In this document: positions 1-9,117 of the stretch, in pieces
How the letters are laid out: each line of letters opens with the position of its first letter
How positions within the stretch are numbered: the stretch's first letter is position 1
From: a virus
Lineage: Duplodnaviria; Caudoviricetes
IMG/VR virus record: IMGVR_UViG_3300025011_000055
Span: 1-56,796 of that record
Strand: one strand, 5' to 3'
Length of the DNA: 56,796 bases
Program-made: the position numbers and the translations under genes
Notes under the pieces: model-generated
The model's input: the letters and a program-made list of their open reading frames with translations, nothing else
What the model was told of the DNA's origin: nothing
The model's database searches: none

Positions 1-52
1 TGGCATCAAATACATAATCAGTTCTAAGCATTAGAAGAGCTCCAATATTGTA

Positions 53-292
53 TTATAAATCATCAGGTGTAATTGGAACAGTTATAAAATTTTCTTCAGG
101 TTCAGGCCTATGCACAGGAACACTTTGCTTCTCACCTAACGGTTTTGGATCAGTATAATGTGGATGCTTTTCTTCCCAACAAGTATCAGCACAAACAAAC
201 AACTTATCCCAAGTCATCCTGCAGTCAGATGCATATCTTTGGAATCCACATTGATCACAGATTACTAAATAATCACCAGGTTTATATGACAT
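53..292 (-). CDS. Small Cys-rich phage protein (possible Zn ribbon)
   Basis: CDQC and CADTC motifs; tightly packed in the late operon. Confidence 0.6.
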   Translation of the reverse strand: MSYKPGDYLVICDQCGFQRYASDCRMTWDKLFVCADTCWEEKHPHYTDPKPLGEKQSVPVHRPEPEENFITVPITPDDL

Positions 293-295
293 AAT

Positions 296-697
296 TTATC
301 CTTCACGGTAAAAACGATGGCCTTTAATTTCAACAATGAATTTCATACCTTTAACCCAGTATGGCGGTTGGTGGTTCGGCATCCCGAGCAGGGCGTAATA
401 ATGTGTTGCACCATAAAGTGTGTCACCAGCCAACCATTCATTGAGTCCTGCCTGAGCATTTTCCAATACCTTTGCTGCAGTAACAACATTTCTAATCCAA
501 ACAGATGGATGATTGAGACCCAAGTTAAAACAACTAAATTGTTTCCGCGACAGTACAACATTCGATACCGGCCAGTTATTTTTCTTCGCTCGATTGAGAA
601 TAACTTTAGCAACTGCTTTCTGTCCAGCAACTGACTCTCCCCTAGCCTCATGGTAGATTGTCAAAGTTAGCCAAAACAAGGCTTGTGTTATATCCAT
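296..697 (-). CDS. Cell wall hydrolase, SleB/Hydrolase_2 family (candidate endolysin)
   Basis: TIYHEARGES, VILNR, QFSC, GATHYY, PYW and GHRFY motifs; start at MDITQ overlaps the upstream stop. Confidence 0.87.
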   Translation of the reverse strand: MDITQALFWLTLTIYHEARGESVAGQKAVAKVILNRAKKNNWPVSNVVLSRKQFSCFNLGLNHPSVWIRNVVTAAKVLENAQAGLNEWLAGDTLYGATHYYALLGMPNHQPPYWVKGMKFIVEIKGHRFYREG

Positions 698-1422
698 TAA
701 CTCACCGCCTTCTGAGCAAATGCACACTCTCCACCGCGTTTCATAAATACTTCTGCAAAATCATCAAGGTCCATTACCCAGTATCCATTACGCAAAAGAT
801 TCCAGCCTGGCCAAGAATTTGGGCCTCCGATAATATTTTGATGCCGATTAATGAATGTACCAGCCGTACAGTGACCACCAACCACCTCACCACCAGGAGT
901 ACTTAATCCGTCTACTTCCCGAGGATACATCATACCCTCAGTCCATTCTAGCCCAAGTATTGCGGAACCATAATAAGCAATGCCACGAATAACTTCATCA
1001 ACGGTCCTAGCTCGACAATACGATTCAATCAAGCCTTCTTGCTTTGCAGTCTGCATCACCGCCGCAAGTGATGTTCCATAACTAATTGGTTTCGATCCAG
1101 GCCTTTCAGAACCTGGCCACTGATCATTATCTTGACATCTGAAATAAAACTCAAGAGCCCATTCATCACCAAGAGTTCTTATCCCAGGCTCATGTTCCAT
1201 AAAAGCAGCAAAGCCAAATCCACCACAAGCACTCCACTTATCTTGATTAAGCAAAGGCTCCTTGAATTTCTTTACACGATATTTGCTAATAAGTTCTCGA
1301 TATCGTAAGTCAATACCATCATCAATAGGAGGAACTGCAAGAATATTTGGTGCAAGTGGATCAGCTTGAAATATCAAGCCACAACGAGGATCTTGAGTTT
1401 CACTACCATCTTTAAGTATCAT
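697..1422 (-). CDS. Papain-like (C1-type) cysteine peptidase
   Basis: NQxxxxAC (oxyanion Gln and catalytic Cys), GGHC (His) and NSW (Asn) in the canonical order. Confidence 0.75.
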   Translation of the reverse strand: MILKDGSETQDPRCGLIFQADPLAPNILAVPPIDDGIDLRYRELISKYRVKKFKEPLLNQDKWSACGGFGFAAFMEHEPGIRTLGDEWALEFYFRCQDNDQWPGSERPGSKPISYGTSLAAVMQTAKQEGLIESYCRARTVDEVIRGIAYYGSAILGLEWTEGMMYPREVDGLSTPGGEVVGGHCTAGTFINRHQNIIGGPNSWPGWNLLRNGYWVMDLDDFAEVFMKRGGECAFAQKAVS

Positions 1423-1425
1423 ATA

Positions 1426-1779
1426 TCATCCGCCAGTAGTTACTTTTTTAACTGCATCAACAAACTTTGCCCAATATCCATATACCGTCGTTCCTGCTAC
1501 TCCAGTCAAAATAAGAACAAGAAAAAACCTTCTAACTACTGTTCTATTATCATCCATCATGAGAGTGAATTTCTTATGAGCATCTACCATTGCCTTGAGG
1601 TCCCCCGGCTGAATAGCCGCAAATCTGCATTGCTCATCAGTATGTTGCTGTTTATAAACTACAGCCTCGATAATAGCAGTGATTGCTTCAAGATCTTCAT
1701 TTGTAAGATTATATCTCCGTCTAGAGCCTGCTCGGTCCCCATAACTGTGTCCGGCATATATTTCAACTTCTTCAGTCAT
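1426..1779 (-). CDS. Single-TM membrane protein, holin-like candidate
   Basis: Hydrophobic FFLVLILTGVAGTTVYGYW segment; lies upstream of the peptidase and hydrolase. Confidence 0.5.
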   Translation of the reverse strand: MTEEVEIYAGHSYGDRAGSRRRYNLTNEDLEAITAIIEAVVYKQQHTDEQCRFAAIQPGDLKAMVDAHKKFTLMMDDNRTVVRRFFLVLILTGVAGTTVYGYWAKFVDAVKKVTTGG

Positions 1780-2327
1780 TATATTGTCCTTTCATCATCT
1801 CTATAAAGCATATCTTCATTATCAGGTAACCGAGTATCAAGAATCTTCGCCCAGTGATTATTCCGCGCTGTAGCCAGTCTTCTCAACCTATCTCTTACAA
1901 TAGAATTCTGCAATGGATCAACATCTTCCTTTCGCTCCTTAGTAAACCAAGAAAAGAACAAGATTCCTATAGTGCTTACTGCCGTAAGATACAGTCCACT
2001 AACAAAAATCATGGTCTTTATCTTAGGCCATACTTCCATATCTGAAGCAAGAATAAGTGATACACAGTTCAAGAAGAACCTACCATTAGCCCCCAAAAAT
2101 ACACTCAAGTTCTTTGCTGAACAGGCCCATTCTACATCATGACAAAGTCCTGCAGGATTAAGCCTAGCCTTACCGAAATGATCAGGAACTATCTTATCTC
2201 CCCATCCTTGCCCAGCACCAAGAAATGAAGGCCACTTCTCGGGAGGCAAATCATGTGGCCAGAGAGGAACTAGAAACTCTGGAACAGTAAGATCAGCACC
2301 ATAATGAGACAGTTTAACAAAATTCAT
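1779..2327 (-). CDS. Hypothetical membrane-associated protein with CHD motif
   Basis: Start MNFVKL overlaps the nuclease stop (ATGA); AGLCHD motif and a hydrophobic helix. Confidence 0.55.
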   Translation of the reverse strand: MNFVKLSHYGADLTVPEFLVPLWPHDLPPEKWPSFLGAGQGWGDKIVPDHFGKARLNPAGLCHDVEWACSAKNLSVFLGANGRFFLNCVSLILASDMEVWPKIKTMIFVSGLYLTAVSTIGILFFSWFTKERKEDVDPLQNSIVRDRLRRLATARNNHWAKILDTRLPDNEDMLYRDDERTI

Positions 2328-2791
2328 TTCTTCCTCCAAACCCAAGGTCGGACTGGAGCAGGACCAGACCACAATCCTACTCTATTACCAGCTGAAATTC
2401 CTTGTAGCTTTTCCCAAGCATGACAAAATGACTTCTTACAATACTGAGGATAAACCCAAGCATAACCAGCAAGCAAAAGCTGTTCCTGTACACATTGAGT
2501 TCCAAGCATAACAACAGCTACTGTCCGACCATAACGATCATAATGCTTAACATCAACAGGTGCAACATCAACAACTTTACCTTTAATCATAACTTCAACA
2601 AAATCTTTAGCTGCAAGACCAAATGCTTGTTTTTTCTCTGGAGAATCAACTCCATAAAGCCGAACAGTCGTTAATCCAGTCTCATCAACTACTTTGATTG
2701 TATCACCATCAGTAACACTAACAACTGTGACTGGTTTAGCCTGAGCAGTTGAAGCAATAAGCAAAAAGAATAAGATTATAATTTGACGCAT
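2324..2791 (-). CDS. Secreted thermonuclease (staphylococcal nuclease family)
   Basis: Signal peptide plus DGDT, VRLYGVDSPE, DRYGR, GYAW and GLW motifs. Confidence 0.92.
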   Translation of the reverse strand: MRQIIILFFLLIASTAQAKPVTVVSVTDGDTIKVVDETGLTTVRLYGVDSPEKKQAFGLAAKDFVEVMIKGKVVDVAPVDVKHYDRYGRTVAVVMLGTQCVQEQLLLAGYAWVYPQYCKKSFCHAWEKLQGISAGNRVGLWSGPAPVRPWVWRKK

Positions 2792-3057
2792 AATTTTACA
2801 CCTGTTGGTTGATAGCGAAAGCGATCACAACTTACGCCGGCTCTGCCATGATCGTCAAATGAGAAACATGGTCCAGGCTCTTTGCAATATCTATCCTTGA
2901 CAAAATGCAAACCCTCATCATTTTTCTTGAATAACTGCAAACTGTCTTCCGCAATCACCCGCATAACTTTCTCCTGAAAGTTGAGATAAGGTTCAATCAC
3001 AGTCTTCGTTTGGATAATTACATATTGGGCATCTTGAGCCAGTGTATTTATATCCAC
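2776..3057 (-). CDS. Hypothetical protein
   Basis: ORF fills a gap in the co-oriented operon. Confidence 0.5.
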   Translation of the reverse strand: MDINTLAQDAQYVIIQTKTVIEPYLNFQEKVMRVIAEDSLQLFKKNDEGLHFVKDRYCKEPGPCFSFDDHGRAGVSCDRFRYQPTGVKLCVKL

Positions 3058-3069
3058 ACTGTTTACAAA

Positions 3070-3861
3070 TTACCATTGCATCATTACAGTTTTGCTACTA
3101 TCGCCAAAAGGAGCATGAAGATAAATACCTCCGTGTGAGGTTCCTGTATTATCATCTCCATCACCATTTGGGCCAATACCAGGTTTGTAAACAAAACCAT
3201 ACATATTGGCTCTCGAGTTCCGACTACAATTTTCCTGGTCCCGACAATTCTTCAGAGGATTCTTAACAATGAACGTCTTCCCTGAAGCAAAGGTAAACTT
3301 TATAGGACCTGCTCCAAGAGAGTCTCCGCGCTTGTTAATTCGCCAAGCTTGCCTTCCTTGATTACGAACCCCATAACTGTCATAGTTTGCTGAATGGCTG
3401 TACGATCCTGTTGAAGTTCCTGAATCTGTCGGTGTCGTTGCTGATCCACTCTTAGCAATACAAGTCTGTCCATCAGAAGTTTTGACACTAATTTGCAGCG
3501 GACGTAAATACTGCACATCAGAATTAGCCAGTAAATAAACCGGACATCCTTTATAAGGTACTCCTCGTCGAGCAACCTCACCATTTACAATCACAGAAAC
3601 AACTGCACTATCTTGAAGAGTACGAAGCAATACTGCTGGCTTGCCATTATTCTGATCAGCACCACGTTCAAAAGTTATAGGCATTGTACAGACTTTTGTT
3701 CCATCAGGCACTGGTATAATCGGATCAACTGAAGGTACTACAGTGCCCCCCGGAAAATACTGAGCACAGAGGGCGTTACACTCATTCAGGGACTGAGGAA
3801 TGGTCACTGCTCCTACTGGCACTGCCCAGAGCAAGGCAAGGACCAAGATAAGGCGAAACAT
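3070..3861 (-). CDS. Secreted Cys/Gly-rich protein of unknown function
   Basis: N-terminal signal peptide MFRLILVLALLWAVPVGA; paired Cys; Thr/Ser linker. Confidence 0.65.
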   Translation of the reverse strand: MFRLILVLALLWAVPVGAVTIPQSLNECNALCAQYFPGGTVVPSVDPIIPVPDGTKVCTMPITFERGADQNNGKPAVLLRTLQDSAVVSVIVNGEVARRGVPYKGCPVYLLANSDVQYLRPLQISVKTSDGQTCIAKSGSATTPTDSGTSTGSYSHSANYDSYGVRNQGRQAWRINKRGDSLGAGPIKFTFASGKTFIVKNPLKNCRDQENCSRNSRANMYGFVYKPGIGPNGDGDDNTGTSHGGIYLHAPFGDSSKTVMMQW

Positions 3862-4340
3862 CAGTCTACCTCCTCGATCTGACCTTCAGGTTCGACAGGG
3901 TCAGCGATCTCTTCTGCAGGTGCTGCCGGCGGAGTAACGTCGGGAAAGACAGGAGCCGCTGGTTTAACCTCTTCCTTAACCTGAGTCGTTGTGGTGGTAG
4001 TCGTGGTCGCAGGATTGTTGGAGTCCGTCTGGCGCATGTCGTTCGTCCACTTGCTCAGGGCATCCTTAATCGCACCAGTTGCAGCAGTTCCACCGTATGC
4101 TCCGAGCGCACTGTCAGCATTGGAGTCCTGCTTGGAGTCCTCGAGGATGATGACCGTGTTCCCTGTACCACCAGAATTAGTCGATCCAGCACCAGTCTGA
4201 TTAGGACTTGCTCCATACTGGCCGGATACCTGTAGAGTGCAGTCGGAAGGAACCCCCTGATTGATTGTGTAAGTAGCGGTCTTGTTTGTGCATCCAGTCA
4301 GTAAGCCAATGGCCAAGGCTACTCCCAAAAGTCTTTTCAT
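3861..4340 (-). CDS. Lipoprotein with low-complexity Thr/Pro/Glu tail
   Basis: MKRLLGVALAIGLLTG-C lipobox; GGAG RBS before 4340. Confidence 0.68.
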   Translation of the reverse strand: MKRLLGVALAIGLLTGCTNKTATYTINQGVPSDCTLQVSGQYGASPNQTGAGSTNSGGTGNTVIILEDSKQDSNADSALGAYGGTAATGAIKDALSKWTNDMRQTDSNNPATTTTTTTTQVKEEVKPAAPVFPDVTPPAAPAEEIADPVEPEGQIEEVD

Positions 4341-4366
4341 TCTCTCCCCCCACATAAAGTTAAATT

Positions 4367-4735
4367 TTAATTTCTTCTGAATTTCGTAGGCGAAATCAGC
4401 AATCGGATCATATTCGACGCTCCGGACCGCTCAATAAGTGTCGGGTCTATCGGATCAACAGCCACAGCGCGGATAAACAATTTCTGAGTTTTTGCTGTAT
4501 CATAGGTAATAGACCCAGTTGCACCTCGTGCTGATTTCGGTATGTTGCCGATTACCACTGCTGCGCTTTCCTCCAAAGCTGTCCCGCTTGGAAACATGCA
4601 GATTTCAAAGCCAGTGATTTCCGCCTCCTCGATTGCATCGAATGTCCAAGAGAAAGACATGGTGCGCGTGATTGTCGCTGCGCTGGCAGCAGAAGCCATG
4701 CAGAGCATTACGATTACCAGTAAAAGCTTTTTCAT
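4367..4735 (-). CDS. Secreted beta-rich protein (Fn3-like candidate)
   Basis: Signal peptide ending ASA; SW...GFEI...FIRAVA...SGASN pattern. Confidence 0.6.
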   Translation of the reverse strand: MKKLLLVIVMLCMASAASAATITRTMSFSWTFDAIEEAEITGFEICMFPSGTALEESAAVVIGNIPKSARGATGSITYDTAKTQKLFIRAVAVDPIDPTLIERSGASNMIRLLISPTKFRRN

Positions 4736-4811
4736 ATCGGTTTTTCCTCACTACATTTCCAGATATTCGGAATCTCAACCCCATCCACCATCGTCGGCTG
4801 CCAGATACTAC

Positions 4812-5486
4812 CTAACTCTGGTCTGTTATAAATTGCCTTATAGCTCTGCACCAGCCCGCATCCTCTGACCACTGCTCGACAGGACTGTTCCATAGCACGA
4901 TACCATTTACTCCTAGAGATTTTAGGTAGTTTAGCTCCATATAAAAATAATCGTAATCAAGGGCAGTTCCTGCTAGTACGGTCGAAGGATGAAAAGCATT
5001 CCAAACGAAAGGGAATATTGGTTTTCCTTTGGCAATTCTCCGCGCCTCGGCAATGTTGGCACTGGCGTATTTCCTCCACCCCTCTTGATCATCATAAAAC
5101 GTATATATAGATGGAAAAAGGATGTCTTGAGCGTCAAATACTCCAGATATCGCTTCGTTCGCTGCTTGCCATAACGCTATATCCTCCGCCAGTCCGGAAA
5201 CAGGAGACCAGTAATCCCGTAACGGCCCAATTCCGTAATACCCAAACAGGATATCAGGAGCACTATTTTTTAATGCTGTTATGTGGTTTATATAAAACCG
5301 GGCGCCCGCTTCTACGTCAGCAGTGCTGTCGATTCTTATGTCTATTGGGTATTCCTCAATATCCACGCAAACCATACTTTCACTGAGAGGGATGGTAGTT
5401 GACTCTCCATATATCATCCCTATTGATAATAGTTCCAGGACTGGCTTCCCCTGACAATCCATAGCATCATATGAAGCCACGCCCAA
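4812..5486 (-). CDS. Glycoside hydrolase, GH56 (hyaluronidase)-like TIM barrel
   Basis: VDIE (cf. IDWE), FGYYG, LFPSIY, IAEARRIA and GVNGIVLW occur in the order of GH56 motifs. Confidence 0.6.
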   Translation of the reverse strand: MGVASYDAMDCQGKPVLELLSIGMIYGESTTIPLSESMVCVDIEEYPIDIRIDSTADVEAGARFYINHITALKNSAPDILFGYYGIGPLRDYWSPVSGLAEDIALWQAANEAISGVFDAQDILFPSIYTFYDDQEGWRKYASANIAEARRIAKGKPIFPFVWNAFHPSTVLAGTALDYDYFYMELNYLKSLGVNGIVLWNSPVEQWSEDAGWCRAIRQFITDQS

Positions 5487-5513
5487 GGGGACCCCTTTGG
5501 TGCATCCAAACTC

Positions 5514-6668
5514 TCAGGCATAATTCGCCACCCTTAATATTCCGGCCTCGCTTGTCACCTTGCCCCAAAATTGCACCTGCTGTGCTCCGAATACGATAGT
5601 GCTGTCCAGTCCGATCCTCTCATGTGTCACCACATCCCAATCGCCATCTGCTCCGACAGCGACCGCCGTACCCCATGTGATTGCGGAGAAGGTATTCTTT
5701 GCGTAGCCGATTCTAAACTCAGAGCCATCGCATTGCACCACAGGGAGAAGTTTATCCGTCCTCGCCCATCCTCCAGCGACCGTAACCTCTGCGGTGTTGG
5801 TGCCGTCTGTGCATTTGAGTTTCCCGCCACTGTCTGCAAAGACCAGTCCTGCTGCAACGTCATTGCCGCTGAGAATGTTCGCCGGGGCTGTGATCTGTGC
5901 GCTGGATACTCCCATTTCCACCAATGCAGCAGCAGTAAACGCACCCCCGCTCAGGGCAGCGGTCATAGCTGCATTCAGCGGTATCGCCAGCCCGTTGCCG
6001 CCGCTGGTGGATGCTGTGGAGGTTACTGAGGTGGCTGGGGGTGCGTAAGGCATTACATATAACGATGCCGTTAAAATCGGCTTGGTAGGTGTAACCACCG
6101 TCTCCGCACCACTCTCGTTCCAAATATAAAAGGCAGTGCCAGCAGCTATCGTGGTTGCAGACACATCGTGCCTACCGACTGTAGCAATATCTCCGCTGGA
6201 ATATAAAGCATCTGAGTCATAAATTTTTAATTTAACCGTCCCGGATATTTGTGTAAAATCAACGCTGAAATTTTTCGCCCCTGCCGATAAAACCAGTCCC
6301 GCAGAGTGTCGAATGTATCCGCCGTTGGGGATTACTATTGCTCCTCCGACTGTTGCGGCACCTCCAAACAACGACCACCCAGTATCAAAAAAATCATCAT
6401 CCCCGGCATTAAAAAGATTGCTATACGCAGGCTGCACCATCACCCCTTTCCCAGGATGATTGACAGGCCACGGGACCATGTTGCCGTTAGCGTCGGGTTG
6501 GAGTCCGGCTACTGAGGTTTGGATCTGTGGGCCTACGGGGCAGGTGCTGGGGGCCTTGGCATTCCAGAGGGACAGGAGGCCGGGGATGCCGCCTTCACCA
6601 CCCCCGATTGCAGCCCGCGAATAACTCTTGAATATCGACTTGAAAATACTCTTTGCGACAGCCATCAA
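5514..6668 (-). CDS. Virion accessory/fibre-like beta-rich protein (possible lectin/LamG-like domains)
   Basis: Gly/Ala/Thr-rich beta-strand pattern; follows the capsid genes; mosaic base composition. Confidence 0.55.
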   Translation of the reverse strand: MMAVAKSIFKSIFKSYSRAAIGGGEGGIPGLLSLWNAKAPSTCPVGPQIQTSVAGLQPDANGNMVPWPVNHPGKGVMVQPAYSNLFNAGDDDFFDTGWSLFGGAATVGGAIVIPNGGYIRHSAGLVLSAGAKNFSVDFTQISGTVKLKIYDSDALYSSGDIATVGRHDVSATTIAAGTAFYIWNESGAETVVTPTKPILTASLYVMPYAPPATSVTSTASTSGGNGLAIPLNAAMTAALSGGAFTAAALVEMGVSSAQITAPANILSGNDVAAGLVFADSGGKLKCTDGTNTAEVTVAGGWARTDKLLPVVQCDGSEFRIGYAKNTFSAITWGTAVAVGADGDWDVVTHERIGLDSTIVFGAQQVQFWGKVTSEAGILRVANYA

Positions 6669-6949
6669 TCCACCAGTTGCACACCGACTGCGTTAGCGGT
6701 TACGCCCTTCACGAATTGCAGAGTAATAGGACTGTCAATCTTCAGCGGAGGCGAGGTTGCAGTCATAGTTACTGCTACGCCAAACTCATCATACAGAGCC
6801 AAAGCTACTCCAGCGTCATCAAGTACATTTACTGCAATAGTTTCAGCAACCAAAATGCCTGCAACTGTAACAGTCTTTGGCAGCGAATGTGCAGGAAAAT
6901 AATGCCGTTCAGTCATAGCTGCAGTTTGCTTAGGAATAATCATACTCAT
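6665..6949 (-). CDS. Small virion-associated beta protein
   Basis: AGGAG RBS; stop overlaps the next start. Confidence 0.6.
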   Translation of the reverse strand: MSMIIPKQTAAMTERHYFPAHSLPKTVTVAGILVAETIAVNVLDDAGVALALYDEFGVAVTMTATSPPLKIDSPITLQFVKGVTANAVGVQLVD

Positions 6950-6998
6950 AATACTCTCCTATATGATAATCATTATTAGAAGTAAATTTATATTAACA

Positions 6999-7035
6999 CA
7001 AAACCTGTAATAATAAAGGTTCCCTTATTATTACA
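6999..7035 (-). terminator. Intrinsic terminator hairpin
   Basis: TGTAATAATAA (7006-7016) / TTATTATTACA (7025-7035) stem with A/T runs on both sides. Confidence 0.6.
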
Positions 7036-7044
7036 AGTTCTTTT

Positions 7045-7983
7045 TTAATATGCCCGAAGCAACATATAGCTGAATGCATGAGCATTAGAAGGATCAGCCG
7101 AGCACGTAACTGTCATAGTATCAGCAGTCATCACAACCTTGAGAATGCTATCCGTATCATTCGTAGTATTATAAATAACGATAGGAATATCTGTGGCAAG
7201 CGCTCCAGAGATAGTAACTGCCTCCGCTGCTGCACCACCAACTGTCGTATGCGTTCCAGCATAAGCAATATAATGACTTGGCTTGAACGTACCGCGAGGT
7301 CTGATAACAACATAGTGAAGACTATGTACAGTGCTAGGATCAGCCGAGCAAGTAACCGTAATAGTATTAGCAGTGCAAACTATATCACTAATAGTATCAG
7401 TGTCATTTGTTGCACCATAATTAACAAAAGCCATATCAGTAGCCAAAACACCAGCAACCGTAATAGCTTCTGCAGCAGCACCACCAACCGTAACATGTGT
7501 ACCAGCTGCAACTATGTCCCATTCAGGAATACATCTATTCCTTAACAAGGCATAATCATATCCATGTGCTGTACTAGGATCTGCACTACCTACAATAGTA
7601 ATTGTATTATCAGTAGCTATAGCAGAAACTATCTGATCATTATCATCAGAAACTTCATGATTAACAATAGCTATGTCAGTGGAAAGAATCAGTCCACTTC
7701 GAGTAATAACCTCAGTCGTATCACCTCCGGCAGAAGTAACTGGACCTTCAGCCAGCTTAATGCCATAACCATAAGTTGGGCCAACAGGAACAAACAAGCA
7801 CGATGCAGCAGTGCCCATATTTATCCATTGAGCTGCCTGCCCAAGAGCTACATCAGTCTTAGTGAATGTACATCCAGGATTATATCCTGCAGAACCAGAT
7901 GCAGGAACCGTAGATCCTGAAGCCATAGATTTATTTCTGGAAGTATCAAGTGTGATACCGTTTGGAAAGTTTGTTACGCCCAT
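7045..7983 (-). CDS. Putative capsid decoration/head fibre protein with three ~75-aa repeats
   Basis: Three units each end in SADPS.AH..Y...R; located directly after the MCP. Confidence 0.65.
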   Translation of the reverse strand: MGVTNFPNGITLDTSRNKSMASGSTVPASGSAGYNPGCTFTKTDVALGQAAQWINMGTAASCLFVPVGPTYGYGIKLAEGPVTSAGGDTTEVITRSGLILSTDIAIVNHEVSDDNDQIVSAIATDNTITIVGSADPSTAHGYDYALLRNRCIPEWDIVAAGTHVTVGGAAAEAITVAGVLATDMAFVNYGATNDTDTISDIVCTANTITVTCSADPSTVHSLHYVVIRPRGTFKPSHYIAYAGTHTTVGGAAAEAVTISGALATDIPIVIYNTTNDTDSILKVVMTADTMTVTCSADPSNAHAFSYMLLRAY

Positions 7984-8140
7984 AATTTTCTCCACTGGGA
8001 CAATTCTTCTTATCTCAAAGAACTGCCTGAAAGATTTTAACTTTCATTTACCCACTTTATTAAGACCGTTCTAAGCTCGTCACAAAGAACGGTCAGTTGA
8101 CATCTTTAGTCTTGGGCGTTCAATTATGAACACCAAGTTA

Positions 8141-9064
8141 TCATGCAGCACCAGGCGAACCAAAAATACCTCGTGGATCAGACCAACCAAACGAACCACG
8201 AAAAGTCGCTTTGAACTTTGCATTCTCAGTATCAAAGTCATTCTCAGTACCAAAAGCATCCGGCCGACGTTCCATATACTTCAGACCATCGGGACAGTTG
8301 GTTTTAATAAACCATGCATCACTATCCGTCAGGTAATGATTTACAGCAATGCCTTGTGGAAACTTCTTCGAAGCCCGAATTGCATTGATATCATTATTCG
8401 CATTGCCTGATTGCCCAATAGATTCGAGAATCCGCATAGCGTCAAATTCAAGAGCAGTCGGGATGATCAACTTCTGGGGCATAATCGCAATCTTAAGTCC
8501 ACGATCAGTAGTGAATGCTGCAATATCAATGCATGCCTGCTCGAGAGCAGCTTCACTAAGATCTGCGGCAGTAGCAAGTTCATTACGCCAAGTACCACCA
8601 GACTTGTTCGGATGATCAGTAGCACAAAGCTCCTTGCCATCACTATTAGTTCCCATGGTATAAGCTGCAGTAAACGCCCGATTAAGTATGTTTGCCCCAA
8701 TGATCTCTTTGGTCTGACGAATGGAGAAGGCCAGCGCATTTGCACGACGCAGCGCAACAGTTACAGCTATACCGTCTTCGTACATCTCACGAGTAATAAT
8801 AAACCCAAGACCATACGTCACATGAGTGTAGCGACTAACAAAGCCCTGCTCCTGCTCGTCATATGCAATCCCTGCGCCCTCAGTCTTCACAGCCGCAAGA
8901 CCGAACCCAGTTACACCAGCTTCCTCTTCGAAAGCCTTTGTAGAGTTACCCTTCTCAAAAATGTCCAAATATTCAATCGGATATTCTTTATATTTCTGCC
9001 CGAACCAAGTCTTTACACCAGGCACAAGATCTTTTGCAAAATTACTAGTAGTAATAATACCCAT
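8141..9064 (-). CDS. Major capsid protein
   Basis: 307 aa; follows the scaffold; P..LIIP..LE, HYLTDSDAWF and GWSDPRGIFGS motifs typical of this capsid class. Confidence 0.88.
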   Translation of the reverse strand: MGIITTSNFAKDLVPGVKTWFGQKYKEYPIEYLDIFEKGNSTKAFEEEAGVTGFGLAAVKTEGAGIAYDEQEQGFVSRYTHVTYGLGFIITREMYEDGIAVTVALRRANALAFSIRQTKEIIGANILNRAFTAAYTMGTNSDGKELCATDHPNKSGGTWRNELATAADLSEAALEQACIDIAAFTTDRGLKIAIMPQKLIIPTALEFDAMRILESIGQSGNANNDINAIRASKKFPQGIAVNHYLTDSDAWFIKTNCPDGLKYMERRPDAFGTENDFDTENAKFKATFRGSFGWSDPRGIFGSPGAA

Positions 9065-9117
9065 TTGTAAGCTCCTTTAAAATGATGATTAATTATCCAA
9101 AGTTAATAAGCAACTAA

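Noticed and set aside
3070-7983. Diversity-generating retroelement target
   Set aside because: No reverse transcriptase and no adenine-specific TR/VR pair is seen in the window.
7078-9070. Plus-strand ORFs opposite the structural genes, and other antisense ORFs such as 17474-18422, 28320-28913 and 47621-56571
   Set aside because: Shadow frames of well-supported genes or RNAs, with no RBS and implausible composition.
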